IMG/VR virus record: IMGVR_UViG_3300033272_000041 | Coordinates: 1-25,154 of that record | Strand: one strand, 5' to 3' | DNA length: 25,154 bases | DNA from: a virus | Lineage: Duplodnaviria; Caudoviricetes | Shown here: piece by piece, positions 1 through 10,759 of the stretch | How positions within the stretch are numbered: the first letter of the stretch is position 1 | How the letters are laid out: every line of letters begins with the position of its first letter | Translations under genes and position numbers: made by a program | Notes under the pieces: generated by a model | Database searches by the model: none | Told to the model about the DNA's origin: nothing | Seen by the model: only the letters and a program-made list of their open reading frames with translations

Positions 1-2
1 AT

Positions 3-164
3 CTCTCACACTCCAAAAGATCAGAACCAGTTGTAGAGGTTCACACGTTTAGAGATCGTCCAAAGTCTACAATGGAGATTGGACTTAATGACCATAACGT
101 GATAGGCTTTAGACCCATGACAGAAGAAGTTAGAGATTACCTCGATCACTTCAAGATGATTTAA
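3..164 (+). CDS. 3' end of a hypothetical protein (truncated by window edge)
   Basis: Open frame from position 3 to TAA 162-164 (LSHSKRSEPVVEVHTF...YLDHFKMI*); no recognisable motif. Confidence 0.55.
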   Translation, partial: LSHSKRSEPVVEVHTFRDRPKSTMEIGLNDHNVIGFRPMTEEVRDYLDHFKMI

Positions 165-173
165 TAGAACGGA

Positions 174-182
174 TGGTATACT
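174..182 (+). promoter_or_regulatory. Extended -10 promoter element for nrdIEF-glyA
   Basis: TGG-TATACT at 174-182 immediately before nrdI; no clear -35. Confidence 0.45.
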
Positions 183-184
183 AG

Positions 185-581
185 ATGTCCTTGGACATTA
201 TTTATTATTCTAATCGTTCAGAAAATACGAAGAAATTCGTAGACAAGCTATCCTGTGATCGCTCGTTCAGGCTCCCCGTAAAATGGGATGCTGGCGTGCC
301 GTTTCTTGTTGGTAAACCATACGTTTTGTTTGTTCCAACATATGGTAGTGGTAGCGATAACCATAGTATTCCAAAGTCGGTAAAAGAATTTCTCAACATA
401 AGCTCTAATAGGGATCTCCTACGTGGGATTGTGGGCTTCGGGAACACTAACTTTGGAAATAGCTATTGCAAGGCAGCAGACCTGATTGCTGGAAAAACAG
501 GTGTCCCCATTTTAGGCAAGGTAGAACTTTTGGGTATGCCAGAGGATGTAGAAAACATATTAGAGAGATTACGGGAATTAA

Positions 582-595
<14 letters not shown>
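185..595 (+). CDS. nrdI: Class Ib RNR flavodoxin-like assembly protein NrdI
   Basis: [34 protein letters not shown] motifs; directly upstream of nrdE; TTG at 191 is an alternative start. Confidence 0.95.
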
Positions 596-3658
<3,063 letters not shown>

Positions 3659-3659
3659 A

Positions 3660-4892
3660 GTGACGTTCTATCAAAATTTAAACGAGGCGGACTCCGAGAT
3701 ATACAACTTAGTACAGAAGGAGATGCAAAGACAGAACAACACCCTAGAGATGATTGCAAGCGAGAATTTTGTTCCGATGTCCGTACTTGAGGCCCAGGGT
3801 AGCATTCTCACCAACAAGTACGCCGAAGGTTATCCAGGCAAGCGTTACTATGGTGGCTGTGAGTTTGTGGATGAAATTGAGGAAATTGCTATAGCTAGAG
3901 CTAAGGATCTCTTTAAAGCAGAATATGCAAACGTTCAGCCTCACTCTGGTTCCACTGCTAATGCTGCAATCCTACATGCAATAGCTAATCCTGGAGATAA
4001 AATCTTGGGTATGGAGTTGGATCATGGCGGACACCTTACTCATGGTATGAAGCTGAACTTTTCAGGTAGGGTCTATAATCCTATTTCTTATGGCGTTGAT
4101 TCTAAAACTTCCCTAATTGACATGGACGAAGTAAGAAGTCTTGCTATACAACATAAGCCAAAAGTTCTAATCGCTGGATGGTCTGCCTATTCTAGGCACT
4201 TAGATTTTAAAGCTTTTAGAGAAATTGCTGATGAAGTTGGGGCAGTACTCTGGGTAGATATGGCACACTTTGCAGGTCTTGTTGCTGCAGAGTTACACCC
4301 ATCTCCAATTCCTTATGCTGATGTTGTCTCTACTACAGTTCATAAGACTTTAGGAGGACCCCGATCAGGAATGATCTTGAGTCGTGACGAGTCTTTGGCT
4401 AAAAAACTTAATTCCGCTGTCTTTCCTGGTCAACAAGGGGGACCGTTAATGCATGTGATTGCTGCAAAAGCTGTTGCATTTAAGTTAGCAGCAACAGAAG
4501 AGTTTAAAGATAAACAAAAAAGAACCATTAGTGGTGCTAAGATTGTTTCTAAAAAACTTGTTGATGCTGGAATTAATGTTTTAACGGGAGGAACCGACGT
4601 TCACTTGCTGATTGCAGATCTCTCTAACTCTGAATTAAGCGGTATCGATGCAGAAAATCTATTACATGAATCTGGAATCACTGTTAATCGTAATGCGGTT
4701 CCCTTTGACCCCAGGCCAGCAATGGTTACTTCTGGAATCAGAGTGGGCACATCTGCACTAGCTACTAGAGGCTTTTCGGATAAAGAGTTTGAAGAGGTGG
4801 GAGAGATCATGGCTAATGTTTTAACAAGCTCCATCGACACCTCAGAAGCCAGAGACAGCGTTTTAAAGCTCTGCTCTAGTCCCATATATTAA
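3660..4892 (+). CDS. glyA: Serine hydroxymethyltransferase
   Basis: [51 protein letters not shown] (PLP lysine), [15 protein letters not shown]; GTG start 1 nt after the nrdF stop. Confidence 0.96.
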   Translation: MTFYQNLNEADSEIYNLVQKEMQRQNNTLEMIASENFVPMSVLEAQGSILTNKYAEGYPGKRYYGGCEFVDEIEEIAIARAKDLFKAEYANVQPHSGSTANAAILHAIANPGDKILGMELDHGGHLTHGMKLNFSGRVYNPISYGVDSKTSLIDMDEVRSLAIQHKPKVLIAGWSAYSRHLDFKAFREIADEVGAVLWVDMAHFAGLVAAELHPSPIPYADVVSTTVHKTLGGPRSGMILSRDESLAKKLNSAVFPGQQGGPLMHVIAAKAVAFKLAATEEFKDKQKRTISGAKIVSKKLVDAGINVLTGGTDVHLLIADLSNSELSGIDAENLLHESGITVNRNAVPFDPRPAMVTSGIRVGTSALATRGFSDKEFEEVGEIMANVLTSSIDTSEARDSVLKLCSSPIY

Positions 4893-4905
4893 TAACAATT
4901 AGTGC

Positions 4906-4934
4906 TTGACAAAGATAAGAAAGAAGTGTATTCT
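4906..4934 (+). promoter_or_regulatory. SigA-type promoter, leaderless
   Basis: TTGACA 4906-4911, 17 nt, TATTCT 4929-4934, 6 nt, ATG 4941. Confidence 0.8.
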
Positions 4935-4940
4935 AATATC

Positions 4941-5129
4941 ATGAGAGAAACAGTTGAAGAGATTGAGCTATTAGATTGGATTCAGGTGGGTGTTGACAAG
5001 GGGTGGGTTTCTCCTGCTTTTTGCAACACTCATGATGGTGATGCATATATGACTGAGGACGAAGAGAAGGAATGGGAAGACGGGGGAGATCCATGTATGC
5101 CCGTTTTGAAGTTGCTTAATCAGTTCTAA
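4941..5129 (+). CDS. Small acidic hypothetical phage protein (CxxH...C)
   Basis: ORF track; start moved to leaderless ATG 4941. Confidence 0.75.
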   Translation: MRETVEEIELLDWIQVGVDKGWVSPAFCNTHDGDAYMTEDEEKEWEDGGDPCMPVLKLLNQF

Positions 5130-5140
5130 CGTGCTACACT
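5112..5140 (+). promoter_or_regulatory. Promoter for the tRNA cluster
   Basis: TTGCTT 5112-5117, 17 nt, TG-c-TACACT 5135-5140. Confidence 0.6.
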
Positions 5141-5192
5141 TATGAACAAGCAGGGTACGGCTGCTTCCCGAATGGGGCAATTCCGTACATAA

Positions 5193-5264
5193 TGATCACT
5201 AGCTCAACGGCAGAGCTTCCGACTGTTAATCGGATGGTTCCTGGTTCGAATCCAGGGTGGTCAG
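5193..5264 (+). tRNA. tRNA-Asn(GTT)
   Basis: Acceptor TGATCAC/GTGGTCA, D arm GCTC/GAGC, anticodon arm TCCGA-CTGTTAA-TCGGA, T arm CCTGG-TTCGAAT-CCAGG. Confidence 0.93.
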
Positions 5265-5287
5265 CAAATATAATTAAACAGAGATAA

Positions 5288-5359
5288 GGGAATGTCGTAT
5301 AATGGCTATTACCTCAGATTTCCAATCTGAAGACGAGAGTTCGATCCTCTCTATTCCCT
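5288..5359 (+). tRNA. tRNA-Gly(TCC)
   Basis: Acceptor GGGAATG/TATTCCC, anticodon arm TCAGA-TTTCCAA-TCTGA, T arm GAGAG-TTCGATC-CTCTC, U discriminator. Confidence 0.9.
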
Positions 5360-5426
5360 CTAGGATCTCATGTCCAGAGGATTAACTATCCACTAATGCA
5401 GAAATGTTTACGCCATGAGTCCTTTT

Positions 5427-5500
5427 GATTTTGTAGCTCAGTTGGTTAGAGCGCCGCCCTGTCACGGCGGAGGTCGCGGGTTCAAGTCCCGTCAGAATCG
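5427..5500 (+). tRNA. tRNA-Asp(GTC)
   Basis: Acceptor GATTTTG/CAGAATC, anticodon arm CCGCC-CTGTCAC-GGCGG, T arm GCGGG-TTCAAGT-CCCGT, G discriminator. Confidence 0.93.
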
Positions 5501-5503
5501 CTA

Positions 5504-5680
5504 TGAGGAATTAATCACCTCAGAGCTGAATATACACGGTACGGAATCTATATCCTGATTGAAGGCAGGGAATGGAGCCTTCCGCTCTAGGGATGCGAAA
5601 CCTAGGTCTGCATCTAGAGGAGTACTAGATAGGGGTAGAGGATTGATTATCTTACTACCCCACACAACCATTCGGATGGA
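5504..5680 (+). ncRNA. Candidate structured ncRNA between tRNA-Asp and tRNA-Thr
   Basis: No ORF; successive stems TGAGG/CCTCA, GAAGGC/GCCTTC, CTCTAG..ATGC/GCAT-CTAGAG, GGGGTAG/CTACCCC, CCAT/ATGG; family not recognised. Confidence 0.4.
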
Positions 5681-5690
5681 AAAACAAAAT

Positions 5691-5765
5691 GCCTTCTTCG
5701 TATAATGGCTAATACTTCACTTTTGTAATGTGAAAATAACAGTTCGATTCTGTTAGAAGGCTCCA
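5691..5765 (+). tRNA. tRNA-Thr(TGT)
   Basis: Acceptor GCCTTCT/AGAAGGC, anticodon TGT 5724-5726 (U31-U39 mismatch), T arm AACAG-TTCGATT-CTGTT, encoded CCA. Confidence 0.85.
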
Positions 5766-5821
5766 ATGTCAGAATACTACCGAAAACGGTATAGTTTTGA
5801 CACAAACGGAAAGGCATCACA

Positions 5822-6040
5822 ATGACAATGAATCATGGAATAGATACAAGAGCTAAATACATCTTGTACTGTGAAAGCTATGCTGCTGCTGCAAACTATG
5901 CAACAAAGCAACGTTGGCATATGAACGATTGGCGACACCTTACTGATGACGTATCACCAGGAAGAGTGATAGTATTTGTAAGAGAGCGAAAGGTAGATCC
6001 CAACTTTGAAAACTTGCAACAAGTGCAACCAACTGCTTAG
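5822..6040 (+). CDS. Hypothetical protein
   Basis: ORF track; GAAAGG RBS upstream. Confidence 0.65.
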   Translation: MTMNHGIDTRAKYILYCESYAAAANYATKQRWHMNDWRHLTDDVSPGRVIVFVRERKVDPNFENLQQVQPTA

Positions 6041-6377
6041 CATTTCAAATTTTGCTAGGCACAGTGGAGCAACATACTTACGTCCAGAATGTCGTGATTG
6101 CAACAACCAGTTATCCAGAGACCGCAAGACACTGCGTAAAGAGTTTGGAGATGCCCCAGAAAATTATGTTTGTCCTATTTGTCTTAAAGCAGAGGAGCGG
6201 CTGGTTGGCAAGGCTGGAAAAGCTGGTGTGTGGGTATTAGACCACAATCATAAAACCAGAACATTTCGTGGCTATCTTTGTCACGGGTGCAACAGGGGGA
6301 TCGGTTCGTTCCAGGACGACATAGACATGTTGCAAAGAGCAATTAATTATTTAAAGGAAACAAATGGCAGCGTATGA
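6006..6377 (+). CDS. Endonuclease VII-family (His-Me finger) nuclease with N-terminal zinc finger
   Basis: CNKC...CRDC, CPIC, LDHNH...RGYLCHGCNRGIG.FQDD. Confidence 0.88.
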   Translation: MKTCNKCNQLLSISNFARHSGATYLRPECRDCNNQLSRDRKTLRKEFGDAPENYVCPICLKAEERLVGKAGKAGVWVLDHNHKTRTFRGYLCHGCNRGIGSFQDDIDMLQRAINYLKETNGSV

Positions 6378-6540
6378 GTATAAGTGTTTAGTCTGTGAGG
6401 TATCTTTTTTAAAGGTTCGTGGGATTAGTTCTCCTCCAGAAGACTACTTCTGTGAAACTTGCGACTCGTCACTAAAGAGAGTATACTCTACAGTAGGAGT
6501 TGCTTTTGCAGGTAGCGGTTTTTATTCAAATGACAAGTAG
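6364..6540 (+). CDS. FmdB-family zinc-ribbon protein (58 aa, not in ORF track)
   Basis: Manual translation MAAYEYKCLVC...CETC...LKRVYS.VGVAFAGSGFYSNDK*; AAGGA RBS. Confidence 0.9.
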   Translation: MAAYEYKCLVCEVSFLKVRGISSPPEDYFCETCDSSLKRVYSTVGVAFAGSGFYSNDK

Positions 6541-6550
6541 GAGTTCTCTC

Positions 6551-6814
6551 ATGGTTGATGTACAAGAAGAAGATGTTGTAGTTGCTAAAAAAGAGGGTAG
6601 AGAACTCACTCTTAATGATCGTTGTGACTCATGCAATGCAGCATCATATGTAAAGGTAACAGGAGTAACAGGAGATCTTTTATTTTGTGGGCACCACTAT
6701 AACAAGATTATGAACAATCCCGATAGCCAGGAAAAAATGATTGCATTCGCCTTCGATGTTCTTGATGAGCGAGATTACCTTCTTGGTGAAAACCGACTAA
6801 AGAGTGATGATTGA
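6551..6814 (+). CDS. Actinobacterial-type small Cys/His zinc-binding protein (DUF7455-like)
   Basis: LTLNDRCDSC.A.SYV.V....GDLLFCGHH; AGGAG RBS before ATG 6551. Confidence 0.8.
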   Translation: MVDVQEEDVVVAKKEGRELTLNDRCDSCNAASYVKVTGVTGDLLFCGHHYNKIMNNPDSQEKMIAFAFDVLDERDYLLGENRLKSDD

Positions 6815-6820
6815 GAGCTT

Positions 6821-7207
6821 ATGGAATACTTAATTGGATCATTAGTAGCCTTGGTTGCTGTAACTATTGTAGCTGTTCTTCTTAGACGAATACCTCGTCC
6901 AGAATTATCAAAGATAACCTACAGCCAAAGCCATATTCACAACCTAGTAGCCCCATACTTGTTTTCAAATAAAGAAATAAAAGATACGGTGCCAACTCAG
7001 GCAACGAACCATTTAAAGAAAACCTATGTCCGTGTTTTAATTTTAAACAAGCTTGCATACTGGATAAGAGATAACGTATGCTATGTAGCAAGTGTAGAAA
7101 ATGGAGAAGTCTTAAGAGATACTGCACGTCAGGTTGACACAATGACCATGACTAAGATAGAATTAGAGCAGATGCAAGTCATCGTAGAAAAATTAACGGA
7201 AGGTTGA
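6821..7207 (+). CDS. Hypothetical protein with N-terminal membrane anchor
   Basis: ORF track; hydrophobic first ~22 residues. Confidence 0.8.
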   Translation: MEYLIGSLVALVAVTIVAVLLRRIPRPELSKITYSQSHIHNLVAPYLFSNKEIKDTVPTQATNHLKKTYVRVLILNKLAYWIRDNVCYVASVENGEVLRDTARQVDTMTMTKIELEQMQVIVEKLTEG

Positions 7208-7211
7208 TCCC

Positions 7212-7565
7212 ATGATCGTAGGAGTAGAGGGTAGTCGTAATTTTACAGACTACAGTATTTTCTTGAGGGGTATGCGAACAGCCTTGTCTAGTATGAAAGA
7301 GAACGACAAGCAGTTTACTATTATGTCTGCTGGACCAGTGAGAACTAATGAAATGGTTATGGAGTTTTCAAATGTTTCTGAGCGCACTCTTAAATCTTTA
7401 GGGATCAAGGTTAAAGTTGTAAAGGTTCCTCATAAGTGGTTCTTAAAGAATATGCATGTGATTGATCACTTCTTGTATTTTACATTGCCAAAGGAAACAA
7501 TATCTGAACTTGTCCGTGAAGCCGAGGATAAGGATGTAGATGTTGGAGTATACCGATATCCCTAA
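7212..7565 (+). CDS. SLOG/YspA (DUF2493)-like protein
   Basis: N-terminal IVGVEGSRNFTDY motif; family call tentative. Confidence 0.6.
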   Translation: MIVGVEGSRNFTDYSIFLRGMRTALSSMKENDKQFTIMSAGPVRTNEMVMEFSNVSERTLKSLGIKVKVVKVPHKWFLKNMHVIDHFLYFTLPKETISELVREAEDKDVDVGVYRYP

Positions 7566-7947
7566 ACGCCTTAGCAGGAGCGAGAAGGCTTTTCTGTCCG
7601 TAGCTAGATACTTAGCTTCAAAATCTTCTTCTAGACAAACACACGGAGCAATTCTTGTAAAGTCTGGAAGAGTTATAGGTACTGGGTTTAATAAAGACAC
7701 TAACAATCCCTTCTCAGTATCCCCCGAGCATATAAAAAGCCATTGCTCACGTCATGCCGAAATAGAAGCTATACGTGATGCTAATTGGAATGTAAAGGGT
7801 GCCGTTCTGTATGTTGCCAGGATTAATAAGCAGGGTATAGATCGAAATAGCAAGCCTTGCACACGTTGCCAGACTGTTATTAAAGAAACAAAAATCAAAA
7901 AAGTTATATATACAGAGAGTAAAGATAATGCAAATTACATCGCTTGA
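7540..7947 (+). CDS. Zn-dependent CMP/dCMP-type deaminase
   Basis: HGAILVKSGRVIGTGFN, HAE, PCTRC motifs. Confidence 0.88.
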   Translation: MLEYTDIPKRLSRSEKAFLSVARYLASKSSSRQTHGAILVKSGRVIGTGFNKDTNNPFSVSPEHIKSHCSRHAEIEAIRDANWNVKGAVLYVARINKQGIDRNSKPCTRCQTVIKETKIKKVIYTESKDNANYIA

Positions 7948-8137
7948 ACAGATGGAACAAATCGTCAAGATCAATCGTGCCCTTAGCTGGGACGGTTGGA
8001 CAGTTGTAAGCTCCTACCCATCCGACAATGGAGGCACGTCAAAAGACGGAGCCTTGGTTAAGGGTAAGTGGCACGTTCAGCGTAGGTTTACGCCTGACAT
8101 GGCTGGATGGAATATCCCTAGCAAATTTGTGAGGTAA
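7928..8137 (+). CDS. Hypothetical protein (WDGW motif)
   Basis: ORF track; tightly packed in operon. Confidence 0.75.
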   Translation: MQITSLEQMEQIVKINRALSWDGWTVVSSYPSDNGGTSKDGALVKGKWHVQRRFTPDMAGWNIPSKFVR

Positions 8138-8138
8138 T

Positions 8139-8432
8139 ATGAATAAGAACCAATGGAAAGACGACGGCGCATGTCGTGGTGAAGACACAAACTTATTCTT
8201 TGATATCTATGAAGAGAATGAAGATCGAAGACCAGAAGTAGATGCTATGTGTGCTGCGTGTCCTTTGGCTAGACAGTGCTTTGCGGTTGCAGTCTCTCAG
8301 AAAGAGTGGGGAGTCTGGGGAGGTATCTATGTCGAAAATGGCAAAATCTCCAGGGAATACAATAAACATAAAACCAAAGCTGACTGGGCTAACACTTGGT
8401 CATACCTAACTACAGACACAAAGGAACAGTAA
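8139..8432 (+). CDS. whiB: WhiB-family Fe-S transcriptional regulator
   Basis: W...GAC....TNLFF...CAACP...C...GVWGG. Confidence 0.93.
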   Translation: MNKNQWKDDGACRGEDTNLFFDIYEENEDRRPEVDAMCAACPLARQCFAVAVSQKEWGVWGGIYVENGKISREYNKHKTKADWANTWSYLTTDTKEQ

Positions 8433-8671
8433 TGTACACAACAGCAATGGCTAGAGCCTTTCGGTCCCTACGGGGACCGAGGGGTTTTACCTTAGAAATA
8501 GTAGACAATGAAAACTTTATAACAGTACGAGCAGACACAAAGCAATTCTTTCTTTTAGGCGACACAGACAAGCGTTTTGCTGTAGAGTATATGATGAGAG
8601 TCAAAAAGGCTCTGGAAGATAATGGAGCTATTGTGTTGTTAGTTCGAGAAGGAGCAGGAGAACCAGAATGA
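8432..8671 (+). CDS. Hypothetical protein
   Basis: ATG 8432 overlaps the whiB stop (TAATG); AAGGA RBS. Confidence 0.8.
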   Translation: MYTTAMARAFRSLRGPRGFTLEIVDNENFITVRADTKQFFLLGDTDKRFAVEYMMRVKKALEDNGAIVLLVREGAGEPE

Positions 8672-9084
8672 ATATATTAGACTTGATTGCGTATGTGACT
8701 TACTCTGCCGTAGCTGCTGCTTTGATTGTAATGCTTGTTAAAAGCAAGATTAGGCATAAAAAGCTATTGGCTGATAGCCTTCAGCTTGCCTTAGATAAGG
8801 TCATTCTTTTAAAAATGATGGAAGACCTGGCTCAAAATAAAGAAGACGAGTCTGTAGAAAAAACAGAAGGTTTTCTAAAGTTTGTTTCGGATTCTCGTGA
8901 CTGGGCTTTTGATTATATCCAAAAAGCGCAAACATCTGTTCAACAATTTGGCAATACTATAGAGCCAATGCTTGCTGAAGATTTTTTGGGTATTGAAAAC
9001 ATTAACGATCTAGCCAAGGCATACGCTAACCTCATAACTATTCTTCCCGAAAACAATAAAGGTATTAAGAATGACAAAGTTTAA
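8668..9084 (+). CDS. Hypothetical membrane-anchored protein
   Basis: ATGA overlap; N-terminal hydrophobic helix. Confidence 0.8.
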   Translation: MNILDLIAYVTYSAVAAALIVMLVKSKIRHKKLLADSLQLALDKVILLKMMEDLAQNKEDESVEKTEGFLKFVSDSRDWAFDYIQKAQTSVQQFGNTIEPMLAEDFLGIENINDLAKAYANLITILPENNKGIKNDKV

Positions 9085-9277
9085 TCTAGATAGAAATAAT
9101 GTTCCAGAAGTAGTTTTTGATAACTCTTGGCCATTAAGGCCAGAAGGTAAGGACGCTATTTATCAGGTGGGGGAATGGTCCTTGTGTGAGTGTGATGATG
9201 CCGAACCACAAGATGCTCTTAACGCTATCTATTCTTGGATCGCCTGGTATGAGTTTCTAACTAAAGACAGTAAGTAG
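9071..9277 (+). CDS. Hypothetical protein
   Basis: ORF track; overlaps previous gene. Confidence 0.7.
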   Translation: MTKFNLDRNNVPEVVFDNSWPLRPEGKDAIYQVGEWSLCECDDAEPQDALNAIYSWIAWYEFLTKDSK

Positions 9278-9296
9278 TCCTGGCTCACCTAACAGG

Positions 9297-9305
9297 TGAT
9301 ATAAT
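9297..9305 (+). promoter_or_regulatory. Extended -10 promoter
   Basis: TG-a-TATAAT 9297-9305 in an intergenic gap, 6 nt before ATG 9312. Confidence 0.7.
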
Positions 9306-9333
9306 TATGTTATGAATAGATTGGACGTTTTAA

Positions 9334-9705
9334 GTGCCTTATAGTATAGGTGGCAAGGGAGACAGTATTGGCTGTGAAGGCTATGGAGTCCTTGACCAAA
9401 GTGGAAAAGTTGTTGGATGTCATGCAACACGCTCGGAAGCAGAGATGCACGTAGCCGAATCGTATAAAAATCTTGAGGATGTAAAGGCTGACGGGGTGGC
9501 TTCTGTTAATCCTTCATTCACTATTGATCCAAAATATCCAGGGGTAGGGATTAAGCGTCCGTCACAAGGAGGACCCACCACTGGTAGTAAAATAAAGAGC
9601 AAGTATGGAAAGAAACCAAAGAGTATAAACCCTGGTCGTAACTCTGATAACAATTCGTCCGCTGGATCAATTTCTTCTGGAGGGCCTGGTGGTTCTCTTG
9701 GATAA
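9334..9705 (+). CDS. Hypothetical protein (GC.GY...GCH motif, basic/Gly-rich tail)
   Basis: ORF track, GTG start. Confidence 0.7.
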   Translation: MPYSIGGKGDSIGCEGYGVLDQSGKVVGCHATRSEAEMHVAESYKNLEDVKADGVASVNPSFTIDPKYPGVGIKRPSQGGPTTGSKIKSKYGKKPKSINPGRNSDNNSSAGSISSGGPGGSLG

Positions 9706-10462
9706 CGAAATTCACGAAGAGGGCCACATGGTTACTGGAATGACAACAGAGGGTATGGTTGTTGGTCGTGTAGAGCACGTAATGCTTGAGGGTGGAACCT
9801 ATGGTGTTCCTGGAACAGAGTATGCTATTGAGTCAACACCAGAAGACCCTGCTATGGCTGTAAGAGTCTATGAAGAGGATGATGGTGTCTGGTATCCAAC
9901 AGCCTATTCCATTGGTATGCTTTCTAGTAACGCAACCATGATTGATGTTGAAGTTGGCATTGAAGATGACCAAGACATTAATGAATTAGAAAGACTGGCC
10001 AAGGCTTCTCCTTGCTGGGATGGTTACGTCATGCGTGGCATGAAGCCAGGAAAGAACGGCTCAAGCGTACCAAACTGTGTTCCAGTAAAAAAGTATGAAG
10101 ACGCGCTCATGGCTAAGGTGGATAGTTATTCTCCTAATGCTGGGATGAAGTCTGCTGCTAAACGTTCGCTAAAATGGAAAGAGCAGGGAAAAGCTGCTGG
10201 TGCTGGAACCCCTATTGGATGGGGCAGAGCAACAGACATTGTTGCTGGAAGATCAATGTCTCTGTCTACAGTTAAGCGCATGTACTCTTTCTTTGCTCGT
10301 CACGAAGTAGACAAGCAGGGTAAAGACTTTAACAACACTTCTAATCCTAGCAATGGTCGTATCATGTGGGATGCCTGGGGCGGAAATGCGGGTTTTTCAT
10401 GGTCAAAATCTATTGTTGAGGGTGACAAAAAGTTTTGGCAAGGCTCTGCCTTTGGTAAATAG
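9689..10462 (+). CDS. Multi-module phage protein, probably head-associated
   Basis: Acidic beta module, PCWDGY..GMK..KNG..VPNCVP repeat unit, and a TVKRMYSFFARHE...WDAWGG module recalled from phage head-region proteins. Confidence 0.7.
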   Translation: MVLLDNEIHEEGHMVTGMTTEGMVVGRVEHVMLEGGTYGVPGTEYAIESTPEDPAMAVRVYEEDDGVWYPTAYSIGMLSSNATMIDVEVGIEDDQDINELERLAKASPCWDGYVMRGMKPGKNGSSVPNCVPVKKYEDALMAKVDSYSPNAGMKSAAKRSLKWKEQGKAAGAGTPIGWGRATDIVAGRSMSLSTVKRMYSFFARHEVDKQGKDFNNTSNPSNGRIMWDAWGGNAGFSWSKSIVEGDKKFWQGSAFGK

Positions 10463-10465
10463 ATG

Positions 10466-10474
10466 TGTTAAACT
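10466..10474 (+). promoter_or_regulatory. Extended -10 promoter, leaderless
   Basis: TG-t-TAAACT, 6 nt, ATG 10481. Confidence 0.6.
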
Positions 10475-10480
10475 TAGTAT

Positions 10481-10759
10481 ATGACAACTCACAATCTTTA
10501 TTCCGTTAGCAACATAACGGCAACGCCCATAACTCCTGGCAAGGACTCTGGTTTTGATATTACCATTCAAAACGTTTCTGCAGTTGGAGATCTTTATTTA
10601 GGTTCTTCTACAGTATCTTCAACCAACTATGGTTTTAAACTTGTTCCTGGAGCAGCTTTTTCTGTAGAGCTTGCTGGAGAAGATGACTTGTTTGCTATTG
10701 CTTCTCAAGAAAACACTCAGGCTGCGGTTCTTCGCGTTAATCTTGAAAGATCCTTTTAA
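10481..10759 (+). CDS. Small beta-rich probable virion protein
   Basis: ITIQN...LYLG..TVS..NYGFKL.PG pattern; coupled (TAATG) to fibre-like gene. Confidence 0.7.
   Translation: MTTHNLYSVSNITATPITPGKDSGFDITIQNVSAVGDLYLGSSTVSSTNYGFKLVPGAAFSVELAGEDDLFAIASQENTQAAVLRVNLERSF

Noticed and set aside
3-164. nrdH expected upstream of nrdI
   Set aside because: The visible C-terminal part lacks the APVV / WSGFRPD glutaredoxin-like pattern apart from a short GFRP; not supportable.
5360-5425. Theta (HDV-like) ribozyme in tRNA 3' trailers
   Set aside because: I could not build the nested P1/P2/P3 double pseudoknot or the catalytic C junction after any of the tRNAs.
5555-5615. Hammerhead ribozyme (CTGATTGA ... 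CGAAAC-CTAG-GTC)
   Set aside because: The core has an extra base relative to CUGANGA, stem II does not lead directly to GAAA, and no stem I partner exists.
5716-5734. Reading the fourth tRNA as Tyr(GTA) or a 9-nt-loop frameshift suppressor
   Set aside because: Standard spacing from the D stem centres TGT, the acceptor stem is Thr-like, and there is no long variable arm.
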